A DNA stretch of 64,000 nucleotides from Stegostoma tigrinum (lineage: Eukaryota), in assembly GCF_030684315.1 (NCBI RefSeq), contig NC_081354.1, positions 27,336,226-27,400,225 on the forward strand. Reading direction: 5' to 3'. Below, piece after piece: positions 24,511-36,800 of the stretch (its first letter is position 1; every line of letters starts with the position of its first letter). The notes under the pieces are model-generated. The model worked only from the letters and a program-made list of their open reading frames with translations, was not told where the DNA came from and did no database searches. The position numbers and the translations under genes were made by a program.

Positions 24511-27500
24511 GGTACATGATTAAGTCAGTCACTACAGATCCTAACACTATCTGTCTGAAAGTCATAGGGTATATTCCAAACTTGAATGATTGCAAAACAG
24601 CCACTAAGGATAAAGCAGAGTTGAGAAAACTACTAGAGAGGAGAGATCAATATCAAATACATGCACGCACACATTAAACAAACATATATAGATGGTAATA
24701 TATATTTGGCCACAAGCCCAGATTTTGTGGTCAGAACGGATGGTGTAGGCAGCAAATTACACTTTTCACATACTCATGTGCTATGAAATTTCACACTGAT
24801 ATTTGCAGTAATTAGAGAAATGAAACAGCGCAACATCTTCACTTGCTGGTGTGACCTGTGCAAATAAGGCAAACAATTATAAGGTAGATATGCCAAACAG
24901 ACCGAAAAGTCCTTACTGAGTCTAAACCAGGAAGAGTATAATAGATTATTCAATGTACTGTAGGAAAAGAAAAGCATTAACATAAGGCGATGAGACAGAA
25001 AGAAAGACTTAAAAAAAAGTTCAGCAATTTTGAAAATCTGGAAATGGGTGGGATGCTTTCTGGTCTCATGGGGTTCCGATGTTTAAAGATTCTGAAATTC
25101 GTTTGGGTGGATTTATGGCGAGTGCACTGAGACAGGTTGGGGTAGAAGATACCTGCATGTATATTCTTTGAATATGGGGTGATCATCGTACACCAACAAC
25201 AACAGCTAAGGTAGGTTTGGGCCCAGTGACAGGGAAGTCCAAGATGACTAGAGACCACACCGTGTTGTAGGACAGAGGGGACTAGCAAACATTCATCTTC
25301 TAGTAATTGTTACCAATTATTAACATGATAGCGTAGGAGACAAAGTCTGTAGTGGTGGCATATCCTGGGCCAGAGGCCAGGCCCAGTCCTGGGCTGCTTG
25401 CACCCAAGTTCCCATGGTGACAGGTTAAGGATCAAGTCATGATAGTGCAGAGGGAGCTGAAAGAGGCCAGCCAATGGAGTTCCTTCCAGCTATATCCTGG
25501 GAATTTGCCTTAAGCCAACCGGTCTAACCAACCGGGCAGTATCCTGGCAGTCTGACTCGACCCTACCATATCCCAGAGGCGAAACAATTGGATTGTGATA
25601 GGAACCATTAACCTGGGCCTGTTCCTAAGAAAAGAAACCCTCGCAGTTGTAAACATGGAACCTTCACGTTTTTAATTTAGTCCTTGCAGCTTGTACTGGG
25701 TATTAAACACTGCCCGTCTCCTGTAGGTTTGTCTTTGCTCCACACCACCACTATTTATATGAATTTGAACAGCATGTCAGTCCCTGAGATGATAATGTAC
25801 AGCAGCTTGTGAAACAGCAGAGCAAATTGGACAGAAAATTGCGGGCAATATTTTTTGGTCAGCAGTGAAGAAACAGTGATCACCACTGCCCTTGAAAGCT
25901 GCTTATAAAGATCAAGAAAGGCTTGGTGACATGTATTTCCCCTTTCTAGATGGAAGTTAAAATTTGGTGCCAAATCCGGTTTTGCCATCAAACAGGGCAA
26001 GCAGCCTATCACACTATAGTATTCTTACAGTCAGCAAATGGGGTACATTGAATTTCCAGATAATAATAATTGGTGTTTCCAAAGTAGAAGTAAATCAATC
26101 TTAATTTTAAAGATGAAACTAAAATATTAAACTTTCAAAATAATGCAGATGTTCTTAGTGAGGGAGAAGTTTTACAAAATAAAAATTCATTTTTTGGACA
26201 GGGTGTTGTTTAGCACTAAATTAGGAATATCGTGCACCATTAAAAACCCAGTTATATCTTATTTAACAAAATGTAACCTTTTCAAGACATGTTTCAACAG
26301 CACTCTTCACATGAACAGATATGTGCAAAGGGTCAGATGGTCGTCTACACCTGCTGCTCTCATCAGGAACTGCTACAATCCAAGCTCCAACCTTTTCTAT
26401 TGCAACATATGTTTCCCCTGCCCGGTTCTCTTGACATCACCTATGCTTTTTCCTCCCCCCAACTGGTTGCTGAATGGGACTTTATTGCTCTACTGACTGT
26501 TCTGTCAGATCGCAGTGATTGGCTAATTACTAATTACATGCATGCACCTGCATAAACAGAGTTTGAACAGGCTTTGGCAAACACATTGTGTGACAGAATT
26601 ACTGTTTGAATAATAGGATATTGTCTCTCATTTACCTGTCGAAAAATTTTCTGTTGGAGGGGTAAAGAATCTATGAAGTATACAAATTTGTTTGGGGAAG
26701 AATTTCCGAAGTGATTCTGAACCTGAATTGTTTGTGAACTATTCCGGGAAGGGGGTCATAATACTAGTGGTGATTTTTGGAGGCATGGGGCTTAAATTTT
26801 TGGGTTGTGCTAGGGCAACTTATAGGAGATACCGGAGTCAATTTAATCCACAAAATGTGAAATAATCAGGATAAATATATTTGTAATAATTTAGGAGAGA
26901 TGCTGGGAGTTGCAAATTCCTGGGAAGTGTGGAAACTTAAGGCCACATCTGCAGATACCAAAAGCAGTATACCTTAAGATATAATATGCTGTTGTACATC
27001 TGGATCGCATGGAAGCCCTAAGATGGCATGTGCACTAACTGCCCGAGAAGATTAAACATGGCTTTATGAAAATTTCTCCAATATTTAATTTTGTATTGGA
27101 TATTTTGGATCTAAGTACTACCAACATGAACCGTTCACTGGAAAGTCATGTCAGTCATTAATAGCAGAGCTTACCCCACTCCCATTACAAAAATATCCCC
27201 ACACCAACTACCACTCCAACCTGACTGCCCATTCTTGCCTCCTCCACCCTGAAACTCACTCACTTCCATCCCTAAATTTCTTATTGTTTTTGAGGTATTT
27301 ATCATTGAACAGAACGTACAACTGCTGTGGGAAGAAGGTTGTGACCTCACCTCTTCAACACTCCACATTCTTCTGTCCTAGCACCTAAATTCTGCTGCAC
27401 CCAAGACTGGAAGACAGCTGCAGTTACAAAAAGAACAACTATAATTCGTAATTGTCTTTTCTTACTGTTAGCTAGAATCACAACAGTACTTTTGCTAACT

Positions 27501-29469
27501 GGAAGGCCTGGCCTATTAAATTTAAACCTCAAATTCTTGGAATGTCTTTCAAGGCTGTTTTTGTAATTTTTCAATATTGTAAACTTTGAATTATTCACAT
27601 AATAACAGGAACTTTGAAATTAACTTTTACTATATCATTCAAAAATGCTTTATGCATATATGTGAAAAACTAAATACTAACAGGAACTTTTAAGCATATA
27701 CTATTGTAGTATCTACAGTATTATACAACAAAAATCCCTTGCACAACTTAGAATTATTCATAGAAAACCACAGGAACTTTGAACATAATTTTTCACAAAT
27801 TGCTTTCACAGAAATTGTGTATCTGATCGCTGAGCTCCAATATGCATTACATTTTCATGATTTTTTTCTATTAATTTCAGAAGAACTTTTACTTCTCACC
27901 TAACAGCATTCTTCCAGTAGGAAGATAGTTACCCAAACTCTCTTTGACTCAAGTTTTGTGGAGCCTTTGTTAGGCACTTCTTTGGAAGCAAGTTCATATG
28001 TACTTTTTTTCCCCCATCTGACATAGTTCCATAGCATTTCCCCTCATGTTTGAAGGTAGCATCTTCAAGTTTACTTGTTCCCTCGTTCACTGTTGATTGG
28101 ATCATGACTTATGTGAGTTTTTCATAATTATAACAATCTAAGCATGCTTCTGGAGGCCAAGAAAGCAGCAGCCATTATACTACCTAAATGTCTTCAGTAC
28201 AGGCAATTGCAGAATCAATAGTTAGTTTCTGACTTTGCAATATGAATGCTTAAACTGCTGGCATGAGTTCTTTCATTCATTTAAGATAGTGTCACTTCTG
28301 TTTCATCTGCTTCTATATGAAATTCCATTCTGTCAGAGACTGTCCACAGTCACAACATGTCATTATTTCAATTTTTGTAATTTCCTCCATGCATATGTGC
28401 AAGCAGAATATCTCTTTGGGGATTTCATTTCTGTACTGGGGTTAATTGGAACATGCAGACATGAGAACAAACAGATCTTCTAGTAGATTTTAATGTTCAG
28501 TAGCCAGGTGGAGAAGATTGAGGTAATCTCTCAACATTGATGGCCAGAAAATTGAAAGAACAGACGTAATGCTTCATTAGTTTAAAGTAATGCTTATAAA
28601 ACTTGTGCGGCTGAACCAAACATGACCTGCACATTTCAAGCTCCATGTCCACTTGATACTACTTGTCAACAGTAATGCACTTTGTACCTGAATTAAGCTA
28701 GATTCCAATGGTGTCAGCATCTCTGTAATTATCCTGCCAGCTCCAAAAGGTATTTCCCCAATGTGGTTACTTTTGTTCACCCACAGACTAAATCTATGAT
28801 CCTTCTTTCACAGCCCCCACAGTCCTCGTTATGTCCAATCCCTTTGGACTAATATTGCAGCCAAAACACATGTTTCTGTTTTTTTCCATGCAGTGGCAAG
28901 TCTTGTCTGTGACAGACAGCAGAGTTGTCTTCTGTCATACAATGATGCCACATATGAGGCAGCTAGTACAATCTTTGTTTGTGGGATCCTGTCACTTACA
29001 ATTTCCACTGAAAATCCTCACTACTGAGCATACACCAAATCTTTGGCCAAACCTAACAATGGCACCAATGTTTCACAGATACTGGTTCTTTCTGTGATAA
29101 ATACCTCCAAACAGCCTGTAGTAGGAAATTTGTGTTAAGAAAAAAATTTACTCCAATGGTAAAAGGTAGATCCATACGATTATCAAAGCACAATTCCTGC
29201 AGAAAACAGACAGATTTTCTCCCTTATAGCACTGAACAGGAAGAGTCCATGATGTGAGGAGGAAGGGCCAACTGAAGAGCAGCAAAATGTCAACCAGCTG
29301 ATTTGCTTTTAACATAACAAAAAACGACCATGCACAAACAACCAATCATTCCAAATTTTATTATGCATTAACCACCAATTTAAGTTATAGGCATTATTGG
29401 AAAACTCTTGTTAAAACAGTCCTGAATGTGATTAGTAGCTGCAAAAACAGGTGAGTTCAATTCCTGCAG

Positions 29470-30228
29470 TTACTTGTGAATTTTCTGGTGTTTCTGCAGG
29501 TGTGAAGACTGAATGAATCCCTTCCCACATGCTAAACAGATGAATGGCCTCTCCCCACTGTGAACTCGCTGGTGTATCAGTAAGTGGGATGAAGTAATGC
29601 ATCCCTTTCCACACTCAGAGCAGGTGAATGTCTTCTCCCCAGTGTGAACCTGTTGGTGTGTCAGCAAGGTGGATGAACGAGTGAATCCCTTCCTGCAGAC
29701 TGAGCACATGAATGGTCTCTCCCCAGTGTGAGTGCGCTGATGGGCCAGAAGTTGCTTTATACTTTTAAAGCACTTCTGACAGTCAGAGCAATGAAAAGGT
29801 CTCTCCTCTGTGTGAACTTGCTGGTGTGTCAGAAGCTCAGATGACTGAATGAAACCTTTCCCACATGCAGAGCAGGTGAATGGCTTTTCTCCAGTGTGAA
29901 TTCGTTGGTGTCTTTGAAAGTTAGCTGACTGGGTGAAACCCTTTCCACATACAGAACAGGTGTAAGGTGTTTTACCAGTATGAACTCGCTGGTGTCTCCG
30001 AAGGCTGGCTGATTGAGTAAAACCTTTCCCACAGTCAGAACAGGCGAATGGTCTCTCCCCAGTGTGAATTCGTTGGTGTGTCAAAAGGCTGGATCTCTGT
30101 GTAAATTCTTCCCCGCAAGCCAAGCAGCTGAATGGTCTCTCCCCAGTGTGACTGCGTCGATGATTTTCTATCTGGGATGGGTAACTGAATCTCTTCCCAC
30201 AATATTCACATTTCCATGGTTTCTCCAT
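29470..30228 (-). CDS. Tandem C2H2 zinc-finger protein, 9 fingers, 252 aa, no effector domain visible
   Basis: Uninterrupted ORF with nine CxxC...HxxxH fingers joined by TGE(K/R)PF-type linkers. Candidate acceptor ctttttacag|G at 30410/30409 upstream; AATAAA on the minus strand at 29357-29362. Confidence 0.9.
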   Translation of the reverse strand: MEKPWKCEYCGKRFSYPSQIENHRRSHTGERPFSCLACGEEFTQRSSLLTHQRIHTGERPFACSDCGKGFTQSASLRRHQRVHTGKTPYTCSVCGKGFTQSANFQRHQRIHTGEKPFTCSACGKGFIQSSELLTHQQVHTEERPFHCSDCQKCFKSIKQLLAHQRTHTGERPFMCSVCRKGFTRSSTLLTHQQVHTGEKTFTCSECGKGCITSSHLLIHQRVHSGERPFICLACGKGFIQSSHLQKHQKIHK

Positions 30229-31745
30229 ATTGGGGTGGCCTTGTCTTTCTCCAACACTTATAATCAGTTGAAGACTGATCCACTAATAGAACACATATTC
30301 GTTTTTGCTATGATTAGCATGATACTTTTGCAGGCTGCACAAATGGTTGAAATACTTCTTTCACATTCAAAGGCTGCTGGTATTCAGGCCCTGAAGAGTC
30401 GAGTAACCCCTGTAAAAAGGAGTTTACAAAAACTATCATTTTCAGTTTAAGAACGAAAGTTGTGAGATTCTCTTCTGCTTCCTGGTGGAAGATGGCTGTG
30501 CAATTGACCTATGGCACACTGCCCACAGGAGTCACAATATGCCTTACTGCACATTGTGTTTGTTTTTAAATTCAGGCAACATTTTGATTGCTAACATTTG
30601 TGTAACTCATTTTTCACTTGTTATGTTTCTGAAAGACATATTAAGGTTAAATGCCAAAATATGAAAAGCAATGTAAAAAAGATAGACATCTTAAAAACTG
30701 GAAATGTGAAAAACAAAAGAAGTGTAAAATGGTCAGTGTCAATATCTGTGGAAAATGATACAGTACCTCATTTCTAAATCAGGAGACCTTTTCAATGCAC
30801 CAACTGGTTGTTATTTCAAGACACAATAAATATTTGTCTGAGTGGCTGTTGTGGCATGAAAATTTTTAAATATACATAAAATTGAGGAGTGGCAACAAGC
30901 ATCAAGAGCAGAAAAGAGGTCATGAGAGAAAAATCCACTTTTGCAAGTAATGCACAAATTACCTTCATTGATGTTTAATATTATAAATGTTCTGTTTAAA
31001 GTTTCTATTAGAATTATCGCACATTTATACACGTATATGCAAAGTATCTTCGTTCAATCATTCAGCAGACATTGGCCCAGATTTCCCTATGGGAAGACAG
31101 TCATTGCAGCAGCGTGGACTGGATTTGCACTTAAGGACCACGTGGAATCCCCCACACATCTGACTCCCCGGGTACTGTGCCGCAAGTTGAAATTTCTGAC
31201 AGCCAATTATCTAATGTTTCAAAGCCTCTGCAAAAGTCCCAATTCAAACCAGACCTTTTGGAGGGTTCCTAGTTTAATTACCCAGAGTAAGCCAGAAGAA
31301 TTAAAATCTGTTCTAATTGCTGGAATACTATTAAATTATAACCCATAAATCACTAACGAATCCCCTGTTTTAACACCCCCTGGACACCCTAGCCCTCCAT
31401 ACTCCCACACAAATTGGACCTGAGTCCCAACTGCAGCCCTTACACTCCACCGTATTGAATCTTGCCACTGAGTGGAACTGCAGATGTAGAGTTCTCAATC
31501 GAACCAGAAGATCTAGGCCATTATGTTCAAACAACTTATTGGTATTGATTATGCACACTTATGTTCAAAGCAATTTCTATATTACTCAACAAGGCTTTTT
31601 TTCCCTAAAGTTCCTATTAGTATTAATTCTACACATAACAAATCATCTTGAGTGGTAACAGTTACATTCACAGATCCTATTAACAATATGTGAATTAGTC
31701 TAATTCTACCAAGGTTTTGAAATTTCCCAACAGCCTTGAAAAATA

Positions 31746-34114
31746 GAGATAACAAGGTATAGAGCTGGATGAACACAGCAGGCCAAGCAGCATCAGAGGA
31801 GCAGGAAAGCTGATGTTTCAGGCCTAGACCCTTCTTCAGAAATGGGGGAGGGAGAAGGCTTCTGAAATAAATAGGGAGAGAGGGGGAAGTGGATAGAAGA
31901 TGGATAGAGGAGAAGATAGGAGGAGAGGAGACAGGTCAAAGAGGTGGGGATGGAGCCAGTAAAGGGGAGTGTAGGAAGAGAGGTAGGGAGGAGATAGGTC
32001 AGTCCAGAGAGGACAGACAGGTCAAGGGGGCGGGATGAAGTTAGTAGGTAGGAGTTGGAGGTGGGGCTTGAGTTGGGAGGAAGGACAGGTTAGGGAGGCA
32101 GGGATGAGCTGGGCTGGTTTTGGGATGCGGTAGGGGGAGGGGAGATTTTGAAGCTCATGAAGTCCTTCCCAAAATCCACAAACCTGACTGCCCTGGTCAA
32201 ACCATTGTCTCCGCCTGCTCCTGCCCCAACAAACTTATCTCCACCTATCTCGACTCTATTTTCTCCCCCTTACTCCAGGTACTCCCTAACTACATCTGTG
32301 CCACCACCCATGCCCTCCTCCACAACTTCCAATTCCCCTGTCCCCAACACATCTTTACCAGTCCCTATACACCTGCATTCCCCATATGGATGGCCTAAAG
32401 GCCATCTGCTTCTTCCTGTCCTGCAGGCCCAACCAGTCTCCCTCCAGTGACACCCTCATCCGCTTAGCCGAACTCGACCTCACACTTAACTTCTCTTTTA
32501 ATTCCTCCCACTTCCTATGAACAAAGGGGGTGGCCATGGGTACCCGCATGGGACCAAGCTACGCCTGCCTCCTTGTAGGTTACGTGGAACAATCCCTCTT
32601 CCGTACCTACACTGGCCGCAAGCCCCACCTCTTCCTCCGTTACTTTGATGACTGTATCAGCGCCACCTCGTGCTCCCACGAGGAGCATGAAATGTTCATA
32701 CACTTCACCGACACCTTCCACCCCAACCGTAAGTTCGCCTGGACCATCTCGAATACCTCTCTCTCCTTCCTGGACCTCTATCTCCATTTCTGGCAACCAC
32801 CTAGAAACTGATATCCATTTCAAGCCCACCGACTCCCACAGCTACTTAGAATACACCTCCTCCCACCGACCTACCTACCTACAAAAATGCGATCCCCTAT
32901 TCCCCTTTCCTTTGCCTCCGCTGCATCTGCTCCCAGGAGGCATTCCACTCCTGTACATCTCAGATGTCCTAATTTTTCAAGGACCGCAACTCCTCTCCCC
33001 CCCTCACTGGTCGAGAACGCCCTCAACTGTGTCTCCCAGACATTTCCCGCAACTCATCCCTCACACACCTCCCCGCAATTACAATCAAAACAGAATACCC
33101 CTTGTCCTCACCAACCTCCAGATCCAATGCATCATCCTTCGACACTTCTGCCATCTGACCCCACCACCAAAGGCATTTTTCCCTCCCCACTCTTATCTGC
33201 TCTCTGGAGGGACCACTCTCTCGGTGACTCCCTTGCCTGCTCCACACTCCCCTCCAGCTCCACCTCACCCGGCACTTTTCCCTGCAACCGCAGGAAGTGC
33301 TACACTTGCCCCTACACCTCCTCCCTCACACCCATCCCAGGCCCCAAGAAGACGTTCCACATCAAGCAGACCTGCACATCTGCTAATGTGGTATACTGCA
33401 TCCGCTGTTCCCACTGTGGTCTCCTCTACATCGGGGAAACCAAGCGGAGGCTTGGAAATTGCTTTGCAGAACATCTACGCTTGGTTCGCACTAAACAACT
33501 GCATCTCCCAGGGGCGAACCATTTCAACTCCCCTTCCCATTCTGACATGTCCATCCTGGGCCTACTGCAGTGCCACAACAATGCTACCAGAAGATTGCAG
33601 GAACAGCGACTCTTCTTCCGCTTGGGAACCCTGCAGCCCAATGGCATCAATGCGGACTTCACAAGCTTCAAAATCTCCCCTCCCCTGAACGCATCCCAAA
33701 ACCAGCCCAGCTTGTTCCCGCCTCCCTAACCTGTCCTTCCTCCCACCTATCCGCTCCTCCCACCTCAAGCCCCACCCCGATCTCCTAACTTCATCCCACC
33801 CCCTTGATCTGTCCATCCTCCCTGGACTGGCCTATCTCCTCCCTATCTCCCCACCTACACTCACCTTTACTGGCTCCATCCCACCTCTTTGACCAGTCTG
33901 TCTCCTCTCCACGTAGCTTCTCCTCCGTCCACCTTCTATCTGCCTCCCTCTTTCTCTCTATTTATTTCAGAACCCCCTCCCCATTTCTGAAGAAGGGTCT
34001 TGGCCCAAAACGTCAGTCTTCTTGCTCCTCTGATGCTGCTTGGCCTGCTGTGTTCATCCAGTTCTACACCTTGTTTTCTCAGATTCTCCAGCATCTGCAG
34101 TTCCTTCTATCTCT
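31746..34114 (+). mobile_element. Longest PLE copy: inverted pseudo-LTR arm (31746-32165) followed by frameshifted RT, zinc-knuckle linker, GIY-YIG and pseudo-LTR
   Basis: 14-bp TSD agccttgaaaaata (31732-31745, 34115-34128). Motifs LPKIHKP, GVAMGTRMGPSYA, RYFDD, FLDL, HFKPTDSHSYLEYTSSH, CNRRKCYTC and NVVYCIRC...LYIGETKRRL. Confidence 0.92.
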
Positions 34115-34710
34115 AGCCTTGAAAAATAAATCTATCAATTCCAGGTTCAAAATTTAAAATTGAGCTACGTTATAGTCGCCAGTGACTCTGTCGCGAATTT
34201 CATTTCCAGATGCAGCAGGGATTCTAGGCTGTAGCCATCTGGTCAGTGTATGAAACACAGCAAAATTGAAAGCACCCCTGTACTTTAAAAAAAAATTATC
34301 CCTTTCTTGCAATTTCAAATACATCTAAATTTGTCTTATGGGTTATGTACATACATTTAGCATTCAGATTTCAAAAGGTGCCAATCTCGTTCCACAGGTC
34401 TTTATTTTATGTTCAAAATTGTACCATGTTCTTTTTCCTTGTTAGCATATTGTTCTTCATAAAATTACTTCTTGCTATCTACATACTAACTTCAGCATCT
34501 CATGTGCATCTTAAAACCATTACAAAAAAAGGAGCAGGATGTTCCTATTAAAAATCGGAATAGAAATTTCAACCCCACAGGGCTGCTTTGCCATTCAATA
34601 GGATATGACTGACCTGACATTCTGCATGTCCACTTTTATGCCCTTTCCCCAAAACTATTGATTCCCCTACTGATCAAGGATCTATTTCCTCTATTAAACA
34701 TACACAAGGA

Positions 34711-35616
34711 TAATAAAGTGTGAAGCCAGATGAACACAGAAGGCCAAGCAGCATCTCAGGAGCACAAAAGCTGATGTTTCAGGCCTAGACCCTTCATCAG
34801 AGAGGGGGAATGGGGAGGGGGTTCTGGAATAAATAGGGAGAGAGGGGGAGGCGGACCGAAGATGGAGAGAAAAGAAGATAGGTGGAGGAGAGTATAGGTG
34901 GGGAGGGGATAGGTCAGTCCAGGGAAGACGGACAGGACGAGGAGGTGGGATGAGGTTAGTAGGTAGGAAATGAAGGTGCGGTTTGAGGTGGGAGGAAGGG
35001 ACAGGTGAGAGGAAGAACAGGTTAGGGAGGCAGACACAGGCTGGGCTGGTTTTGGGATGCAGTGGGGGAAGGGGAGATTTTGAAGCTGGTGAAGTCCACA
35101 TTAATACCATTGGGCTGCAGGGTTCCCAAGTGGAATATGAGTTGCTGTTCCTGCAACCTTTGGGTGGCATCATTGTGGCACTGCAGGAGGCCCATGATAG
35201 ACATGTCATCTGAGGAATGGGAGGGGGAGTTGAAATGGTTCGCGACTGGGAGGTGCAGTTGTTTGTTGCAAATGGTGTTCTGCAAAGCGGTCCCCAAGCC
35301 CCTGCTTGGTTTCCCCAATGTAGAGGAGGCCACACCAGGTACAATGGATACAGTATACCACATTGGCAGATGCGCAGGTGAACATCTGCTTAATATGGAA
35401 AGTCATCTTGGGGCCTGGGATGGGGGTGCGGAAGGAGGTGTGGGGGCCAGTGTAGCACTTCTGCAGTTGCAGGGGAAGGTGTCGGGTGTGGTGGGGTTGG
35501 AGGGGAGTGTGGAGCGAACAAGGGAATCACGGAGAGAGTGGTCTCTCCGGAAGGGGATGGAAAAAGGTCTTGGGTCGTGGGGTCGGATTGTAGATGGCGG
35601 AAGTGTCAGAGGACGA
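34711..35616 (-). mobile_element. 5'-truncated single-orientation PLE copy inserted in a CR1 3' end
   Basis: NVVYCIHCTWCGLLYIGETK (GIY-YIG). Begins at the short gataataa end with no tail; possible 7-bp TSD acaagga (34704-34710, 35617-35623). Confidence 0.85.
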
Positions 35617-36169
35617 ACAAGGACTTAGAAGTTTGAAGGAAGAAATTGCTCCATGTCTCAGTCTCAAATCTTTTATTCTGATACTATGCCCTAAGTTCTA
35701 GACACTCCCGCGAGGGGAAACATTCTCTCAGCATTTACCCTACCACATCTTGAATAGTCGGCTCTTTTGTTCTCCCTTCCAAAATGAATAACTTTGTTCA
35801 GTGAGCATAAATACTAACAATTATTCAAAATATACAAGAGCTTACTTAATCTACAACATTTTGTAGGGCCTCTTCTGATTCTGCAAGCTGGTAGTGCACA
35901 GGTTTGCTTCTAGTACCTCTAATTCTCACCATCCAATTTTTTGAATGTTTGTTCAGTGTACAGATTTAAAAATGTTAATAACCAGAAGGCCTCCTGTGCA
36001 TTTAACCTCAGGACACCCGAAAATAGCCCAGGTCTTCTACAAACGACCACTGCCTCCGACTGTTTTAATAACAATTATCATTCAAAGCCTCTTTTGCTTC
36101 AAACGCAGCTCACTGCTTTCGTCCTTCCACCCCCAACAATTCAAACGTTCAGTAAAAGACGGTTTTATT

Positions 36170-36800
36170 TTTACCCAAGCGACGTCTCCGTTCGCCGATC
36201 TAATCAGCCGCACATAAAGCACGATGGCGTCACGTCTTCACGTTCGGGGTGGTTAGCCAATCAGAGTCAGTTCCACCCTATGACCTGCCCCTATAACGCC
36301 GTGAGCCGCCTGCATGTGTCACGCCCCTTTATCTCTGTTCTGCCTCCCTACAGCTCGTGCCTGTTGTCCGTGCGCTACAGCGCCGCCTCTGACCGCGCAC
36401 CTTTCATTCCTCACCTCGCGGTGCTCGTTCGGTGCTGACGTAGTTCCTGTGGCCGTTGGCCTGGTGACGGTGATTCATCATTGGTGGTGGGGGCGGGGGA
36501 AGAAGTTCCTTCGGAGCCGTAACCCTGTGAGTAAAGTCCCTCGGTTGCCGAGGGATCTGGAGGCTCCGAGTCTACTGCCATAAGGCAAGAGGGCTGAGTG
36601 GCTTTCAGTTCCACTTTCTCCGGGGAGTATCCAGCAGCGGAGCCTGGGCTGGCCACTTGTTGCTGCCTCTCCACCTGGTTAATTCCCGTTCTGTTTGCAC
36701 CATCACGGGGACTCTTCTCGAAAACCACTCGGCCTTCAGTTCAAGTGGTCCCATCCTTTACCTCCTGTGCCAGTTGTGCGCTGTTCAGAAGCGGGCTGGA
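36170..36800. promoter_or_regulatory. ELMOD2: CpG-island promoter and non-coding first exon of ELMOD2
   Basis: CpG-dense region with CCAAT at about 36257, a GC box (ggggcgggg) at about 36490, CRE-like tgacg/cgtca elements and YY1-like gatggcg; candidate donor CT|GTGAGT at 36526/36527. Confidence 0.7.

Noticed and set aside
27430-29100. Coding-looking minus-strand stretches downstream of the ZNF gene
   Set aside because: Stops in all frames and no motif I can assign; likely very old transposon debris.
32512-32530. In-frame TGA in the PLE RT as a selenocysteine codon
   Set aside because: It is not at an evident Cys position, the copy has multiple frameshifts, and I see no SECIS; ordinary decay is more likely.
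32645-33688. 347-aa ORF as a host protein
   Set aside because: It is mostly an alternative frame of the C-rich PLE body and only briefly enters the true RT frame.
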